A DNA stretch of 64,000 nt from Dehalococcoidia bacterium (GCA_965117035.1 OZ220748.1:1607429-1671428), one strand, 5' to 3'; positions 17,875-27,965 are shown, numbered from the stretch's first letter. The notes: generated by a model not told the origin, from the letters alone. Program-made: numbers and translations.

Positions 17875-20304
17875 TTACCGCTGCGTGCGCACGGTCAGCC
17901 GCTGGCCGTCGGTGACGAATTCGACGCTGCCGCTGGCGCCGGTCAGGAAGACCATGCCGGGCGCGACGTACCGGCCCAGCGCCTCCATCGTCTCCGGGTG
18001 CGGGTGGCCGAAGCGGTTGTCCGCACCGGCCGAGACGACCGCCGCCGTCGGACTGACGGCGGCCAGCAACTGCTCCGTCGACGAGCTGCGGCTGCCGTGG
18101 TGCGCGACCTTCAGCACGTCGCTGTCTATGGACGCGGCGCCGGCCACGAGCGCCCGCTCCCCCGGCGCGAACAGGTCGGCGGTCAGCAGGAACGAGACCT
18201 CCCCGTAGACGATCCTGAGCACCACCGACGCGTTGTCGACGTCCGCGTCGGAGCTATCGCCGATCAGGCTGTCCGGCGGCCCGAGCACCTGTACCAGCAC
18301 ACCGTCGTCGGTGAGGATAGACTGCCCGGCCCGGGCGTGCGTGACGACGGCGCCCTCCGCGTCTACCGCCGACCGCCAGGCCTCGTAGGCGCCCGAGTCG
18401 AAGGCCACCGGATGCTCGAGTATGCGCAGCACGTCGTAGCGCCCCAGTATCTCGGTCAGCCCGGACACGTGGTCCCTGTGGGGGTGCGTCAGCACCACCA
18501 GGTCGACGTGACGCCGCCAGAAGGGCAGCTCGTCGGCCACGGCTCTTGCCGCGACGACCGGGCTCGGCCCGCCGTCGACGACGATGAGGCGCCCGGCGGG
18601 AGTCGTGACCACCGCCATGTCGCCCTGCCCCACGTCGGCGAAGGTGACGTGGAGGTCGCCGTCCGGCAGCATGGGCACGACCGCCCAAACGAGAGCGGCG
18701 AGAGCGGCCACCGGGCCGACGATCCACCACGACACGCCGCGGTCGATAGCGGGACGAAGGCCGCGCACGCCGTCCGGGACGCGGGACGCCGTTTCGACGA
18801 GCCAGCGGCGCATGCATATCCCCACAAGCGCGGCGTAGTAGGCGACGACGAGGGCCGGCGCGACGGCGCCCGTCTCGAACGCGGCGCCCGGCAGCCGGGC
18901 GATCAGGCCCACGACGCCGGTGATGTACGCGGTCGTGATCCACGCGACCCACCCGAACGGCTGCGCCAGCGTGTCCGAGACGAGCCCCGCCAGTCCCGCG
19001 GCGCCGTGGGAGACCAGCACGAGCGGCATGACGGGCATCGCCACGAGAGTAGCCGGCAGGCCGACGAGCGATACGCGCTCGAAGTGGAAGGCCACGAGCG
19101 GCAGCGTCGCCACGGTCGCCGCTATCGTCATCGCGGCGGACGAGGCCACGAGCTGCACGAGAGGTCCGGCCGAGTCGCCCCGGTCATCGCCGGAGCGGCC
19201 GATTGCCCGCAGGCGAGCGGCGAGCGGCTCGGCGAGCGTCGCGATGCCGGCCATCGCGGCGAAGCTGAGCTGGAACGACACCGCCGACAGCACGGCCGGG
19301 TCGACCGCCACCATGACCGCGGCCGCCAGGCCCAGGGCGGGCAGCACGCTGCGCGGCCGGCCGAGCGCGAAGGCGGCGAGGTACACGGTTCCCATGATGG
19401 CGGCCCGCGTCGCGGACGGAGGCGCCCCCGCCAGCAAAGCGTATCCCCACATCGCCACGAGCGGCGCGGCCAGGTAGAGCTGCCGGCGTCGGCCGATGGC
19501 CCAGCTCGATACGGCCAGCACGATGCCGAGCACCACGGTCATGTGCAGGCCCGAGATCGCCAGCAGGTGCGACGCGCCGGTGACGCGGAAGTCCTCCAGC
19601 AGGTCGTCGGGCAGGTTGTCCCTGTTGCCCAGCAGCAGCGCCTGCCCCATCGCCGCCTGCGGCTCGGGCACGGCGTTGTCCAGCGACCGGGCGAGCATTC
19701 GGCGCGCCTCGGCAAGCCACGTGCCGGGGCCCTCCGCCTGCCGCAGCAGCTCGACGTGCGGGAACGGGACCACCGCGGCGATACCCTGCCGGGCGAGGTA
19801 AGCCGGGTAGTCGAAGTCCTCGGTCCCCTGCCACGGCTCCTCGATCGTCCCGGTCAGCCGAAGCCGGTCGCCGCCGCGGACCGGGGCCGTGGGGCGCATC
19901 CGGACCAGCTCCGGTGAGGGCCTCACGGTGACCAGCACCCTGCCCGGCTCGTCGGAAGACAGCACGTCCGCGTCGATGCGCTCGACCGCGAGCGTGAACC
20001 TGAGCGACTCGCTCGCCGCCTCCGCGTCGCCGTCGACGACGCCCTCGATCCGCACGCCGCTCTGCCCGTGGTAGGCGGCATAGGCCTCGACGGCGTCCTC
20101 CCCGCCGAAGCCGCTCCGGGCCACGCCGGCCACCACCGTAAGCACGAGGAACGCGGGCAGGAAGGCTCGCCTTCCCATACCCGACGCGACCGCCAGCAGC
20201 GCCGAGGACACGCCGAACAGCATGACGGCCGGCAGGGGCAGCTCAACGCTGCCGCCGGCATATGCGCCGGCGGTGAAGGCCGTGGCTAGTGCGAGGAGGC
20301 GCAT
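17875..20304 (-). CDS. comEC: DNA internalisation competence protein ComEC/Rec2 with C-terminal MBL domain
   Basis: 809 aa, multi-TM competence domain plus VVLTHPHRDH metallo-beta-lactamase motif. Confidence 0.85.
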   Translation of the reverse strand: MRLLALATAFTAGAYAGGSVELPLPAVMLFGVSSALLAVASGMGRRAFLPAFLVLTVVAGVARSGFGGEDAVEAYAAYHGQSGVRIEGVVDGDAEAASESLRFTLAVERIDADVLSSDEPGRVLVTVRPSPELVRMRPTAPVRGGDRLRLTGTIEEPWQGTEDFDYPAYLARQGIAAVVPFPHVELLRQAEGPGTWLAEARRMLARSLDNAVPEPQAAMGQALLLGNRDNLPDDLLEDFRVTGASHLLAISGLHMTVVLGIVLAVSSWAIGRRRQLYLAAPLVAMWGYALLAGAPPSATRAAIMGTVYLAAFALGRPRSVLPALGLAAAVMVAVDPAVLSAVSFQLSFAAMAGIATLAEPLAARLRAIGRSGDDRGDSAGPLVQLVASSAAMTIAATVATLPLVAFHFERVSLVGLPATLVAMPVMPLVLVSHGAAGLAGLVSDTLAQPFGWVAWITTAYITGVVGLIARLPGAAFETGAVAPALVVAYYAALVGICMRRWLVETASRVPDGVRGLRPAIDRGVSWWIVGPVAALAALVWAVVPMLPDGDLHVTFADVGQGDMAVVTTPAGRLIVVDGGPSPVVAARAVADELPFWRRHVDLVVLTHPHRDHVSGLTEILGRYDVLRILEHPVAFDSGAYEAWRSAVDAEGAVVTHARAGQSILTDDGVLVQVLGPPDSLIGDSSDADVDNASVVLRIVYGEVSFLLTADLFAPGERALVAGAASIDSDVLKVAHHGSRSSSTEQLLAAVSPTAAVVSAGADNRFGHPHPETMEALGRYVAPGMVFLTGASGSVEFVTDGQRLTVRTQR

Positions 20305-20353
20305 CGCGCTGTGTGCGAGAACGGCCGGACGCCGATGCGCGCCGCCCGGCCCA

Positions 20354-20905
20354 TCAGCGGGCCTCGACCAGGTCGCGGATGGCCTCCAGCGTCGCGGGCC
20401 CGATGCCGGTGACGTCGAGCAGGTCCTCGGGGGTCGCGAACGGGCCGTTGGCCTCGCGGTGGGCGACGATGGCGGCCGCCCTCACGCTGCCGATCTGGGG
20501 CAGGGAGACCAGCACGTCGACTCCGGCAGAGTTTATGTCGATCCTGCCCGTGCCGGCCTTCCCGGCCGGCTGGGCGGATGAGGGCGTCTCGCCGCGGGCC
20601 GGAATGTGCCAGTGGGCCTCGTCGACCAGCCGGGCCGCGAGGTTCACGGCGTCGAGGTCGGCCTCGTCCGTGACGCCGCCCGCCGCCTGGACCGCGGCGG
20701 CCAGGCGCGCGTTCCCGCCGATCGCGTAGACCCCCGGCGCGCGCACCGCTCCCGTGACGTAGACCTGGATTTCGCCGGGCGCCGGGGTGGGAAGCAGGAC
20801 CTCGATGCCGTCGGAGGGCGTCGAGGCGTTGAGCAGCAGGTAGAGGACGCCCGCGGCGGCCGCCACGACCGCCAATACCAACACGGCCTGTGACGCCAGC
20901 TTCAT
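20354..20905 (-). CDS. comEA: ComEA-family DNA-binding protein (helix-hairpin-helix)
   Basis: Start MKLASQAVLVLAVV (TM anchor). C-terminal INSAGVDVLVSLPQIG...LLDVTGIGPATLEAI HhH pair. Confidence 0.8.
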   Translation of the reverse strand: MKLASQAVLVLAVVAAAAGVLYLLLNASTPSDGIEVLLPTPAPGEIQVYVTGAVRAPGVYAIGGNARLAAAVQAAGGVTDEADLDAVNLAARLVDEAHWHIPARGETPSSAQPAGKAGTGRIDINSAGVDVLVSLPQIGSVRAAAIVAHREANGPFATPEDLLDVTGIGPATLEAIRDLVEAR

Positions 20906-21035
20906 GGGGCAGACACGCGCTTGGCTGAAATTGGCGGCAAAATCACGTCCGACGGTCTCGTATGTGGCCGCCCGCACACGCCACTGGCGACCGCATGAAC
21001 AATCATACACCAGGGTGGCGCCGATGGCAGAGGCG

Positions 21036-21063
21036 TTGTATCCCGCCCGGCAGACGATATAAT
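21036..21063 (+). promoter_or_regulatory. candidate sigma70-type promoter TTGTAT-N16-TATAAT
   Basis: The -10 lies inside the 15-mer GATATAATGGCGCCC, which is also found at 4826-4840. About 53 nt upstream of ATG 21116. Confidence 0.35.
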
Positions 21064-21115
21064 GGCGCCCGTCAGGGTCAGCGAACCCCAAGGCCGAATC
21101 TGGAGGCAGTCAGCG

Positions 21116-21430
21116 ATGGGCGAGTTCGTCAGAGTTGCGTCGGTTAACGATCTGGAAGACGATGGGACGATGCAGGTGGACGTAGGAGACGAGCCGGTCC
21201 TGCTTGCCAGGCTCGACGGCGAGTTCTACGCCATCGGAGAGGAGTGCTCCCACGACGGCGGGCCGCTCTCCCAGGGCTGGGTCGAAGACGGGCAGGTGGA
21301 GTGCCCGCTGCACGGCGCCCAGTTCGACCTCAAGTCGGGCGACTTCACGGCGCCCCCGGCGGCCGAGCCGGTCAAGGCGTACCCGGTGCGCATCGAGGGC
21401 GACGACGTCCTGGTAGGGACAGCCGAGTAG
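21116..21430 (+). CDS. Rieske [2Fe-2S] ferredoxin
   Basis: CSHDGGPL ... CPLHGAQF cluster ligands; 104 aa. Confidence 0.8.
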   Translation: MGEFVRVASVNDLEDDGTMQVDVGDEPVLLARLDGEFYAIGEECSHDGGPLSQGWVEDGQVECPLHGAQFDLKSGDFTAPPAAEPVKAYPVRIEGDDVLVGTAE

Positions 21431-21457
21431 CGCCCCGCGAGCGGCCGGGCCTGTGCG

Positions 21458-22165
21458 TCAGCGCCCGCGCTCGTCTCCCCAGAGGGCTATGTGCAGACGC
21501 GTCGTGAAGCGGTAGCCGCGCCGAACGCACTGCTCGGCTACCCAGTCGCCGCGCTCGTGGATCGCGTCCGGCGTCGTGCCCTCGGGCATCAGCAGCACGC
21601 GGTCTCGCGGCAGGCCGTGCCGCTCGACCACGCCGGCCACCTCGTCGACGTCGCCGGGCTCGGTCACGACGAACTTGAAGTAGGACACGGGGAGCCGCGC
21701 GAAAGCCCGCAGCGCGTCTGAGTCCTCGCGGCGGTCGGCACCGTTACCTGAGTTGGCCGTCTTCGGCGAGACGTTCCACTGCGAGACGGCGGCCGCCATC
21801 TCGGCGTTCGGGGCGACCGTGCCGTTAGTCTCGACCTCGATGGTCCAGCCCCCGTCGCTCAGCGACAGCGCCAGCGGCCCCAGCTCAGACTGCTGCAGCA
21901 TCGGCTCGCCGCCGGTGACGACCAGGTTCCTGCACGGCAGCGATTCGAGCCGCAGGCGAATGTCGGACGCGTCCAGCGACACGATCTGCTCCCGGGGATC
22001 GTACCGCTCCCAGTCCCAGGTGTACTTCGTGTCGCACCAGGAGCAGGCCAGGTTGCAGGTCGCCAGCCGCAGGAAGACCGACGGGCGGCCCGCCGAGGCT
22101 CCCTCCCCCTGGATGGAGTGGAATATCTCCGGCTCGCCCGAAGGCATCCGGCTGACCTTCAGCAT
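21458..22165 (-). CDS. queE: 7-carboxy-7-deazaguanine synthase (radical SAM)
   Basis: IQGEGASAGRPSVFLRLATCNLACSWCDTKYTW. Confidence 0.85.
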   Translation of the reverse strand: MLKVSRMPSGEPEIFHSIQGEGASAGRPSVFLRLATCNLACSWCDTKYTWDWERYDPREQIVSLDASDIRLRLESLPCRNLVVTGGEPMLQQSELGPLALSLSDGGWTIEVETNGTVAPNAEMAAAVSQWNVSPKTANSGNGADRREDSDALRAFARLPVSYFKFVVTEPGDVDEVAGVVERHGLPRDRVLLMPEGTTPDAIHERGDWVAEQCVRRGYRFTTRLHIALWGDERGR

Positions 22166-22896
22166 CGGCCGACCAGCGCCGGGTCCTCTACGCCAGCCTC
22201 GCTGAAGCCCCTGGCGCGCAGGACGCAGCTATCGCACGCGCCGCACGGCCGCTCGCCGCCGGCATAGCAGCTCCAGGTGAGCTCCAGCGGCGCGCCCAGG
22301 TCGACCGCCATGCGGACGATCTCCGCCTTGGACAGCTCTATGATCGGCGTCTCGATGCGGATGTCGACACCGTACTCGGCGCCCAGCTTGCTGCCGTGGC
22401 GGAGCGTCTCCGACATCTGCGCGTAGAACTCCGGGCGGCAGTCCGGGTAGCCGCTGTAGTCGAGCACGTTCGGCGCCATGTAGACGGCCGCGGATACGTC
22501 GCCGGCGGCGACGCGCTCGACCTCGATGGCGTGGAGCACCTGGCTCTCCAGGTATGCGGCGGCCAGCGCCACGAACGTCGTGTTGCGCAGCGGCACGTAG
22601 GTGATGGGGATGCTCGCGCCCATCCGCTTCGGCTCGCGGTCGGTCGGCAGCGGGAAGGCCTCCGGGTTGGTCAGCGCCGAATACCAGGCGACGTCGCCGA
22701 GGAACGAGATGTCCACCAGGCGGTGATCGATCTCCAGGCGTTGGGCGACCTCTAACGCGCTGGTCACCTCGCGGCTGTGCGTCTGCCCGTACTGGAACGT
22801 GATGGCGGTCAGCCGGTCCGAACGTGACTTCGCGTACGCCGTCACGGTCGTGGAGTCGAGCCCTCCGGACAGCAGGGTGACGGCGAAGCTGGTCAT
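22159..22896 (-). CDS. queC: 7-cyano-7-deazaguanine synthase
   Basis: LLSGGLDSTT PP-loop and C-terminal Zn Cys cluster (CGACDSC). Confidence 0.9.
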   Translation of the reverse strand: MTSFAVTLLSGGLDSTTVTAYAKSRSDRLTAITFQYGQTHSREVTSALEVAQRLEIDHRLVDISFLGDVAWYSALTNPEAFPLPTDREPKRMGASIPITYVPLRNTTFVALAAAYLESQVLHAIEVERVAAGDVSAAVYMAPNVLDYSGYPDCRPEFYAQMSETLRHGSKLGAEYGVDIRIETPIIELSKAEIVRMAVDLGAPLELTWSCYAGGERPCGACDSCVLRARGFSEAGVEDPALVGRC

Positions 22897-22926
22897 CGGG
22901 GCCGGCGCGGCGCTCTCACGTCGCCG

Positions 22927-23352
22927 TCATGCGTCCCGCTCGTAGCGGGCGGTGACGCGTGCGTGAAGGCCGCCGCGGACGTTGTAGTCGAGGTCGACCG
23001 ACATGCGGGCCGGCTGGCAGACGGCGACCAGATCTTCGAGAATCCGGTTGGCGGCGTGCTCGTGGACGATCCCGACGCCCATGTACGACAGCAGGTAGTA
23101 CTTGAGGCTCTTGAGCTCGATGCACTGGCCGTCCGGCACGTAGCTGATCGTCAGCTTGCCGAAGTCTGGCAGTCCGGTCCACGGGCAGACCGCCGTGAAC
23201 TCCTCGGTGTCGATGACGACCTCGGCCCGGCTGCCCTGGTAGTCGTAGTCGAAGGCGAGCAGGCACGCCGCGTCGACCGCGCTCTCGGGCCGCGTCTCGA
23301 ACCTGCGGTCGAGCTGCTCGTACCGCTCCTGCAACGCCTGTATGCTCGACAT
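22927..23352 (-). CDS. queF: NADPH-dependent 7-cyano-7-deazaguanine reductase (type I)
   Basis: Start MSSIQ at 23352. Catalytic Cys context AVCPWTGLPDF and QueF motif ELKSLKYYLLSY. Confidence 0.85.
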   Translation of the reverse strand: MSSIQALQERYEQLDRRFETRPESAVDAACLLAFDYDYQGSRAEVVIDTEEFTAVCPWTGLPDFGKLTISYVPDGQCIELKSLKYYLLSYMGVGIVHEHAANRILEDLVAVCQPARMSVDLDYNVRGGLHARVTARYERDA

Positions 23353-23580
23353 CGGGTCGCCTCCGGCAACCATGACTACCGACCTATAATACAATCGCGC
23401 CATGAGCAAGACCAGTTCGACAGGGCTCTCGCCAGGGCCATTCCAAAGCCGCCACAGATTGGCGGCGCCAGACGTGCACCGGGTTCAACGCCCCCTCACC
23501 CCGACCCTATCCCGCGTGGTGGAGAGGGAACAATGGAAGGGACCGGGGCTCTCACCTTCGGCCACGGGGCTCGCGCCGGC

Positions 23581-24309
23581 ATGACCGCGCCTGGCGACTC
23601 TGCAATAGAGATCCGCGGCCTGAGCAAGGCATACGCCCGCACACAGGTGCTGCGCGGCCTCGACCTGGAGGTCCCATGGGGCCGGGTGCTCACCGTCCTG
23701 GGGCCCAACGGGTCGGGCAAGACGACGCTGGTGCGGATCCTCGCCGGGCTGGCGCGGCCCGACGCGGGCCGGGTGCGCATAGCCGGCATCGATCTCGCCA
23801 GCGAGCCGGAGCGCGCCCGCCGACGAGTCGGCGTCGTGACCCACGACGCCCTGCTCTACGACGGCCTGACCGGCTACGAGAACCTCGCCTTCTTCGGCCG
23901 GATGTTCGGCCTCGACCGGACCGACGACCGCATAGCGCAGGTCTCGGAGCTCCTCGGCATCGCCGACCGGCTCCGGCAGCGCGCCGGCACGCTGTCCCAC
24001 GGCTTCCGGAAGCGGTTCAGCATAGCGCGGGCGCTGCTCCACGGGCCGGCGGTGCTGGTCATGGACGAACCCGAGAGCGGCCTGGACCAGGAGGCGCTGC
24101 GGCTGCTCGACGCGGCCATGGGCGAACAGTCCGATCCCCCGCGCTCGGTCCTGGTCACCACGCACGACCTGGCGCGCGGGCTGGAGATCGGGGACAGCCT
24201 GGTCGTCCTGTCCCGCGGCGAAGTCGTCTACAGCCGGTCGGGCCTGTCGCCGGACGCGGCCGACGAGGTCCGCGAGGCGTACTTCAGCCGCACGGGAGGG
24301 CGCTCGTGA
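23581..24309 (+). CDS. ccmA: ABC transporter ATP-binding protein, CcmA-like heme exporter
   Basis: Walker A GPNGSGKTT and an LSHGFRKR signature-like motif; overlaps the ccmB start. Confidence 0.7.
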   Translation: MTAPGDSAIEIRGLSKAYARTQVLRGLDLEVPWGRVLTVLGPNGSGKTTLVRILAGLARPDAGRVRIAGIDLASEPERARRRVGVVTHDALLYDGLTGYENLAFFGRMFGLDRTDDRIAQVSELLGIADRLRQRAGTLSHGFRKRFSIARALLHGPAVLVMDEPESGLDQEALRLLDAAMGEQSDPPRSVLVTTHDLARGLEIGDSLVVLSRGEVVYSRSGLSPDAADEVREAYFSRTGGRS

Positions 24310-24980
24310 AGAACTTCGTGAGGCCGGCCGCCGCGATAGTCTGGCGGGACATCCTGCTGGAGACCCGCTCCAAGGACGTGGTCGTCTCGCTGCTGGTGTT
24401 TTCGCTGCTGGTCGTCGTCGTGTTCAGCTTCGCAATCGAAATCACGCCGCACACGGCAGTTCTCGTGGCGCCGGGCGTGCTGTGGATCGCAATCGCGTTC
24501 GGGGGACTGTTGGGACTCACCCGGTCGATCGCGCTCGAGATGGAGTCCGGCGGGCTGGACGGCCTGCTGCTCGCCCCGGCGGGACGCGACGCGGTGTTCT
24601 TCGGCAAGGTCGCCTCCAACACGCTGTTCATGTTGGTGGTCGAGGTGCTGGTGTTCCCCGTGTTCGCCGTGATGTTCGACGTGTCGATCGCCGAGCCGCT
24701 GCTGCTGCCGATCGCCCTCCTGGCGACGCTTGGCACCGCGACGGTGGGGACGGTCTTCGCGGCAATGGCCGCGAACACCAGGGCTCGGGAGGTGATGCTG
24801 CCGCTGCTCTTTCTCCCGGCCGCCCTGCCCGCCATCCTGGCGGCGGTCGAGGCCACGGGCCTGCTGCTGGGCGACGGGACCCCGGGCGAGGCGGGGCGCT
24901 GGATCGCCCTGCTGGCCGCGTTCGACGCCGTGTTCCTCGTGATCGCGCCGTTCGCCTTCAGGCTGGTGGTCGAAGAGTAG
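24306..24980 (+). CDS. ccmB: heme exporter protein B
   Basis: GTG 24306 overlaps the ccmA stop. IVWRDILLETRSKD... with six predicted TM segments, CcmB-like. Confidence 0.7.
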   Translation: MKNFVRPAAAIVWRDILLETRSKDVVVSLLVFSLLVVVVFSFAIEITPHTAVLVAPGVLWIAIAFGGLLGLTRSIALEMESGGLDGLLLAPAGRDAVFFGKVASNTLFMLVVEVLVFPVFAVMFDVSIAEPLLLPIALLATLGTATVGTVFAAMAANTRAREVMLPLLFLPAALPAILAAVEATGLLLGDGTPGEAGRWIALLAAFDAVFLVIAPFAFRLVVEE

Positions 24981-25103
24981 CGGCTCCCCACGGCCCGGCA
25001 GGTTGTCTGAGCAAGCCGGGGGCCAAAGCGATATACTGTTTTGAGACAGTTGATACCCGAATCCCCGGTTCGCTAAGGCTCTGGATCGACTCTCATCGAG
25101 GCT

Positions 25104-26036
25104 TTGGAGGCCAGGTTGACCGTCGTACGGCTGGCGATGTTCTGCTGGGACGCCATCTGCGAGTACCTGCGTCGCAACTGCTCGCACTCGGCCGGCGCCA
25201 TAGCGTTCTACACGCTGTTCTCGATGTTCCCGCTCTTCCTCTTCCTCACGATCCTGCTGACCTACATCTTCGGGCCTGAAACCGCGGAGGAGGAGACCAA
25301 GCTCATAGACGCCATCGCCTCGATCGTCCCCGTGTCGCACAGCTTCGTCGGCGACACCATACACAACGTCACCGACGCGCGGGACGAGGTAGCCGTCGTC
25401 AGCCTTGCCGGCGTCGTATGGGCGTCGACGGCCATGTTCGGGGCGATCCGAAAGGGCGTGAACACCGCCTGGGGGATCACGGAGGCCAGGCCCTTCCTCA
25501 AGGAACGGCTCATCGACTTCGGGCTCGTCTTCGCGGCGGGCGTGCTGGTGACGCTGCTACTCTTCAGCACCGCGGTCTTCGAGATCTTCAGGGAGATCGC
25601 CATCACGGTCGCGCCCGAGGAGAACATATTCGGCGGCCTCCTGTGGAGCCTGGTGCCGAAACTGGTAACGCCGGTCCTGCTCTTCCTGACGTTTCTCACG
25701 ATATATCGATACCTGCCCAACACCGAGGTGCGATTCCGCGACGTCTGGCCGTGGGCGCTGCTCGGCTCCCTGGCCTTCAACGCGACCAGCCTGGCTTTCG
25801 TCTGGTACGTAAGTACCTTCCCGCACTACAACGTGCTCTACGGATCGATCGGGGCCGTCCTGGCGCTGCTCACCTGGGTATACCTGTCGGCCACCATAGT
25901 CCTGTTTGGCGCACTCGTCTGCTCCCGCTACTGCGACTACGTAGCCAACGTCGGGAGCGGCCGGAGCTGGAGAATGCTCTGGAGCGGCTTCTCACGCGTC
26001 CGGCTGCGGGTGGTCGAAACAGCCCGGCCGGCCTGA
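25104..26036 (+). CDS. YihY/BrkB family membrane protein
   Basis: SAGAIAFYTLFSMFPL and YGSIGAVLALLTWVYL hallmarks. Confidence 0.75.
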   Translation: MEARLTVVRLAMFCWDAICEYLRRNCSHSAGAIAFYTLFSMFPLFLFLTILLTYIFGPETAEEETKLIDAIASIVPVSHSFVGDTIHNVTDARDEVAVVSLAGVVWASTAMFGAIRKGVNTAWGITEARPFLKERLIDFGLVFAAGVLVTLLLFSTAVFEIFREIAITVAPEENIFGGLLWSLVPKLVTPVLLFLTFLTIYRYLPNTEVRFRDVWPWALLGSLAFNATSLAFVWYVSTFPHYNVLYGSIGAVLALLTWVYLSATIVLFGALVCSRYCDYVANVGSGRSWRMLWSGFSRVRLRVVETARPA

Positions 26037-26037
26037 C

Positions 26038-27063
26038 GTGGGCACGCGGCTGCGACTGACGGCCCTGGTGTTGCCGGCGATGATCGGGCTGGCGGCCTGC
26101 GGCTCTCCCGAGGCCGAGCCCGCCGCGTCCCGGGACCCGCTGCCATCGGTCGCCGACGTCGTCGAGCAGGTCAGCCCCTGGGTCGTCTCGATCACGACCG
26201 AGTCGGTCGTCCGGGGTCTCTTCACGACGGTGACGGGGGAGCAGGCAGGGTCGGGGTTCATAGTGCGGTCCAACGGCTACATCGTCACGAACAACCACGT
26301 CGTGGACAGGGCGAGGGAGATCAGGGTGCACCTCGCCAGCGGAGAGACCTACGACGCGGAAGTCGTGGGGCAGGACCCGCCTCCCGGCGACCTCGCCCTG
26401 CTGAAGATCGACGCCGAAGACCTGCCGGTCGCGGCCTTCGACGAGTCGGGCGACCTCAGGGTGGGCGATTGGGTCATCAGCATCGGCAACGCGCTCTCGC
26501 TCCAGGGCAGCCCGACGGTGACCCTAGGCATCGTCAGCGCCCTGGGGCGCACCGTCCCGACCGACGACGGCACCTTCTACGACATGATCCAGACGGACGC
26601 GGCGATCAACACCGGCAGCAGCGGGGGCCCGCTGGTCAACCTGAAGGGCGAGGTCGTGGGGATCAACCAGGCCTTGCTGCCGAGGGCCCAGGGCGTCGGC
26701 TTCGCCCAGAGCGCGACCGTAGCGAAGCGCATCATAGACAGCCTCGTCGACCACGGCCGCGCGATGAGGCCGCTCATCGGCCTGCTGGGCGCCGATGTCA
26801 CGCCGGCCATCGCCAGCGAGCTCGGCCTCGGCGTCAAGCAGGGCGTCATCGTCACACACATGTCGGAGTCGGAGCCGGCCTACCGGGCCGGAATCCGCGT
26901 CCAGGACGTGATCACCGCGCTCGACGGCGTGCCCACCCCGGACATGGCCAGCTTCCTCAGCCTGCTCCAGACCTACGCCTCCGGCGACCGCGTCACCGTC
27001 GACTACCTGCGCGAGAACCGGGCGCGCACCGCCACGCTGCGGCTCGCCGAGCGCCGGTCGTAG
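26038..27063 (+). CDS. htrA: HtrA/DegP-family serine protease with PDZ domain, lipoprotein
   Basis: Lipobox GLAAC. Catalytic triad contexts TNNHVV, DLALLK and GSSGGPLVN; C-terminal PDZ. Confidence 0.85.
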   Translation: MGTRLRLTALVLPAMIGLAACGSPEAEPAASRDPLPSVADVVEQVSPWVVSITTESVVRGLFTTVTGEQAGSGFIVRSNGYIVTNNHVVDRAREIRVHLASGETYDAEVVGQDPPPGDLALLKIDAEDLPVAAFDESGDLRVGDWVISIGNALSLQGSPTVTLGIVSALGRTVPTDDGTFYDMIQTDAAINTGSSGGPLVNLKGEVVGINQALLPRAQGVGFAQSATVAKRIIDSLVDHGRAMRPLIGLLGADVTPAIASELGLGVKQGVIVTHMSESEPAYRAGIRVQDVITALDGVPTPDMASFLSLLQTYASGDRVTVDYLRENRARTATLRLAERRS

Positions 27064-27073
27064 CGCACAGCCC

Positions 27074-27934
27074 ATGGCTACGACGACCGCGGCGCCACTC
27101 ACACGGCGTGACATCTCCGAAGCCCTGACGGCCCTCGGGCTGACGCCGGGCGCGGTCGTCTTCATGCACAGCTCGCTCAGCAGCCTGGGCGAGGTGGACG
27201 GCGGCGCGGACACGGTCGTGGACGCGGTGCTCGACGTGCTCGGGCCGGAGGGCACGCTCGCCGTCCCCACCTTCTGCAGCATCAACCGCAGGCGCAAGCA
27301 GACCTACGACCCGGACACCACCCCCTCCGAGGTCGGGCAGATCACCAACGCCCTGCGCAGCCGCCCGGAGGCGTTCCGCAGCCCCCACATCTGGCAGTCG
27401 ATGTCGGCCATCGGCAGGCGGGCGGAGGAGATGATGTCGGTCCACCGGCCCGTGGCGTGGGCGGCCGACGGGCCGTTCTGGAGGCTCTACGAGTGGGACG
27501 CCTCCATCATGCTGCTGGGCGTACCGTACTTCCGGAGCACCTTCTGGCACCTGATCGAACAGTGGGTGCATCCAGCTTACGGCAGGTGGAAGGAGTCGAC
27601 CGGCAGCATCAGGAACCCGGACGGCTCCGAGAGCCCGCTGAGTGAGTCCACCTTCGGGCCCAGGCCCGGCCACGCGCACGACTTCAACAAGCTCGGGTCG
27701 AGGCTGGAGGCCCAGGGGATGGTCAGCATAGGCACGGTGGGCAACGCGATGGTCCGGCTCTACCGGGCGCGAGACGCCTTCGACACCGGTGTCGCCGAGT
27801 ACCGCAAGGACCCGACGCTGTTCATCAAAACGGGCGAGCACTTCACCGGGCTACCCGACGGCGTCATCGTGGGCGAGTACAACAACGAGAAGTCGATCGT
27901 AGACCCGGCGGGAAGCTACAAGCTGTACGAGTAG
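27074..27934 (+). CDS. AAC(3)-family aminoglycoside N-acetyltransferase-like protein
   Basis: VFMHSSLSSLGEV.GGADTVVDAVLDVLGPEGTLAVPTF matches the Antibiotic_NAT family N-terminus. Confidence 0.75.
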   Translation: MATTTAAPLTRRDISEALTALGLTPGAVVFMHSSLSSLGEVDGGADTVVDAVLDVLGPEGTLAVPTFCSINRRRKQTYDPDTTPSEVGQITNALRSRPEAFRSPHIWQSMSAIGRRAEEMMSVHRPVAWAADGPFWRLYEWDASIMLLGVPYFRSTFWHLIEQWVHPAYGRWKESTGSIRNPDGSESPLSESTFGPRPGHAHDFNKLGSRLEAQGMVSIGTVGNAMVRLYRARDAFDTGVAEYRKDPTLFIKTGEHFTGLPDGVIVGEYNNEKSIVDPAGSYKLYE

Positions 27935-27965
27935 CCGCCCGGGCGCCGGCGGCAAGCCGCCGTAG

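Noticed and set aside
20906-21091. N-terminal 62-aa extension of ComEA in the track ORF (start 21091).
   Set aside because: The extension is not ComEA-like. The internal Met at 20905 gives the expected N-terminal membrane anchor, and the extension would overlap the divergent Rieske promoter region.
23353-23480. Possible preQ1 riboswitch upstream of queF-queC-queE.
   Set aside because: I read the minus-strand leader and found no preQ1-I/II-like motif, only an AT-rich promoter-like patch (tgtattatagg). A covariance search would be needed to be certain.
23470-23500. GGGTTCAACGCC resembling a tRNA T-loop.
   Set aside because: There is no complementary T-stem, acceptor stem or anticodon arm around it. 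It lies in a REP-like fragment between queF and ccmA.
25030-25060. Imperfect palindrome TATACTGTTTTGAGACAGTTGATA upstream of yihY as an operator.
   Set aside because: It is a single short occurrence with an imperfect half-site match and no adjacent regulator gene. That is insufficient support for a feature call.
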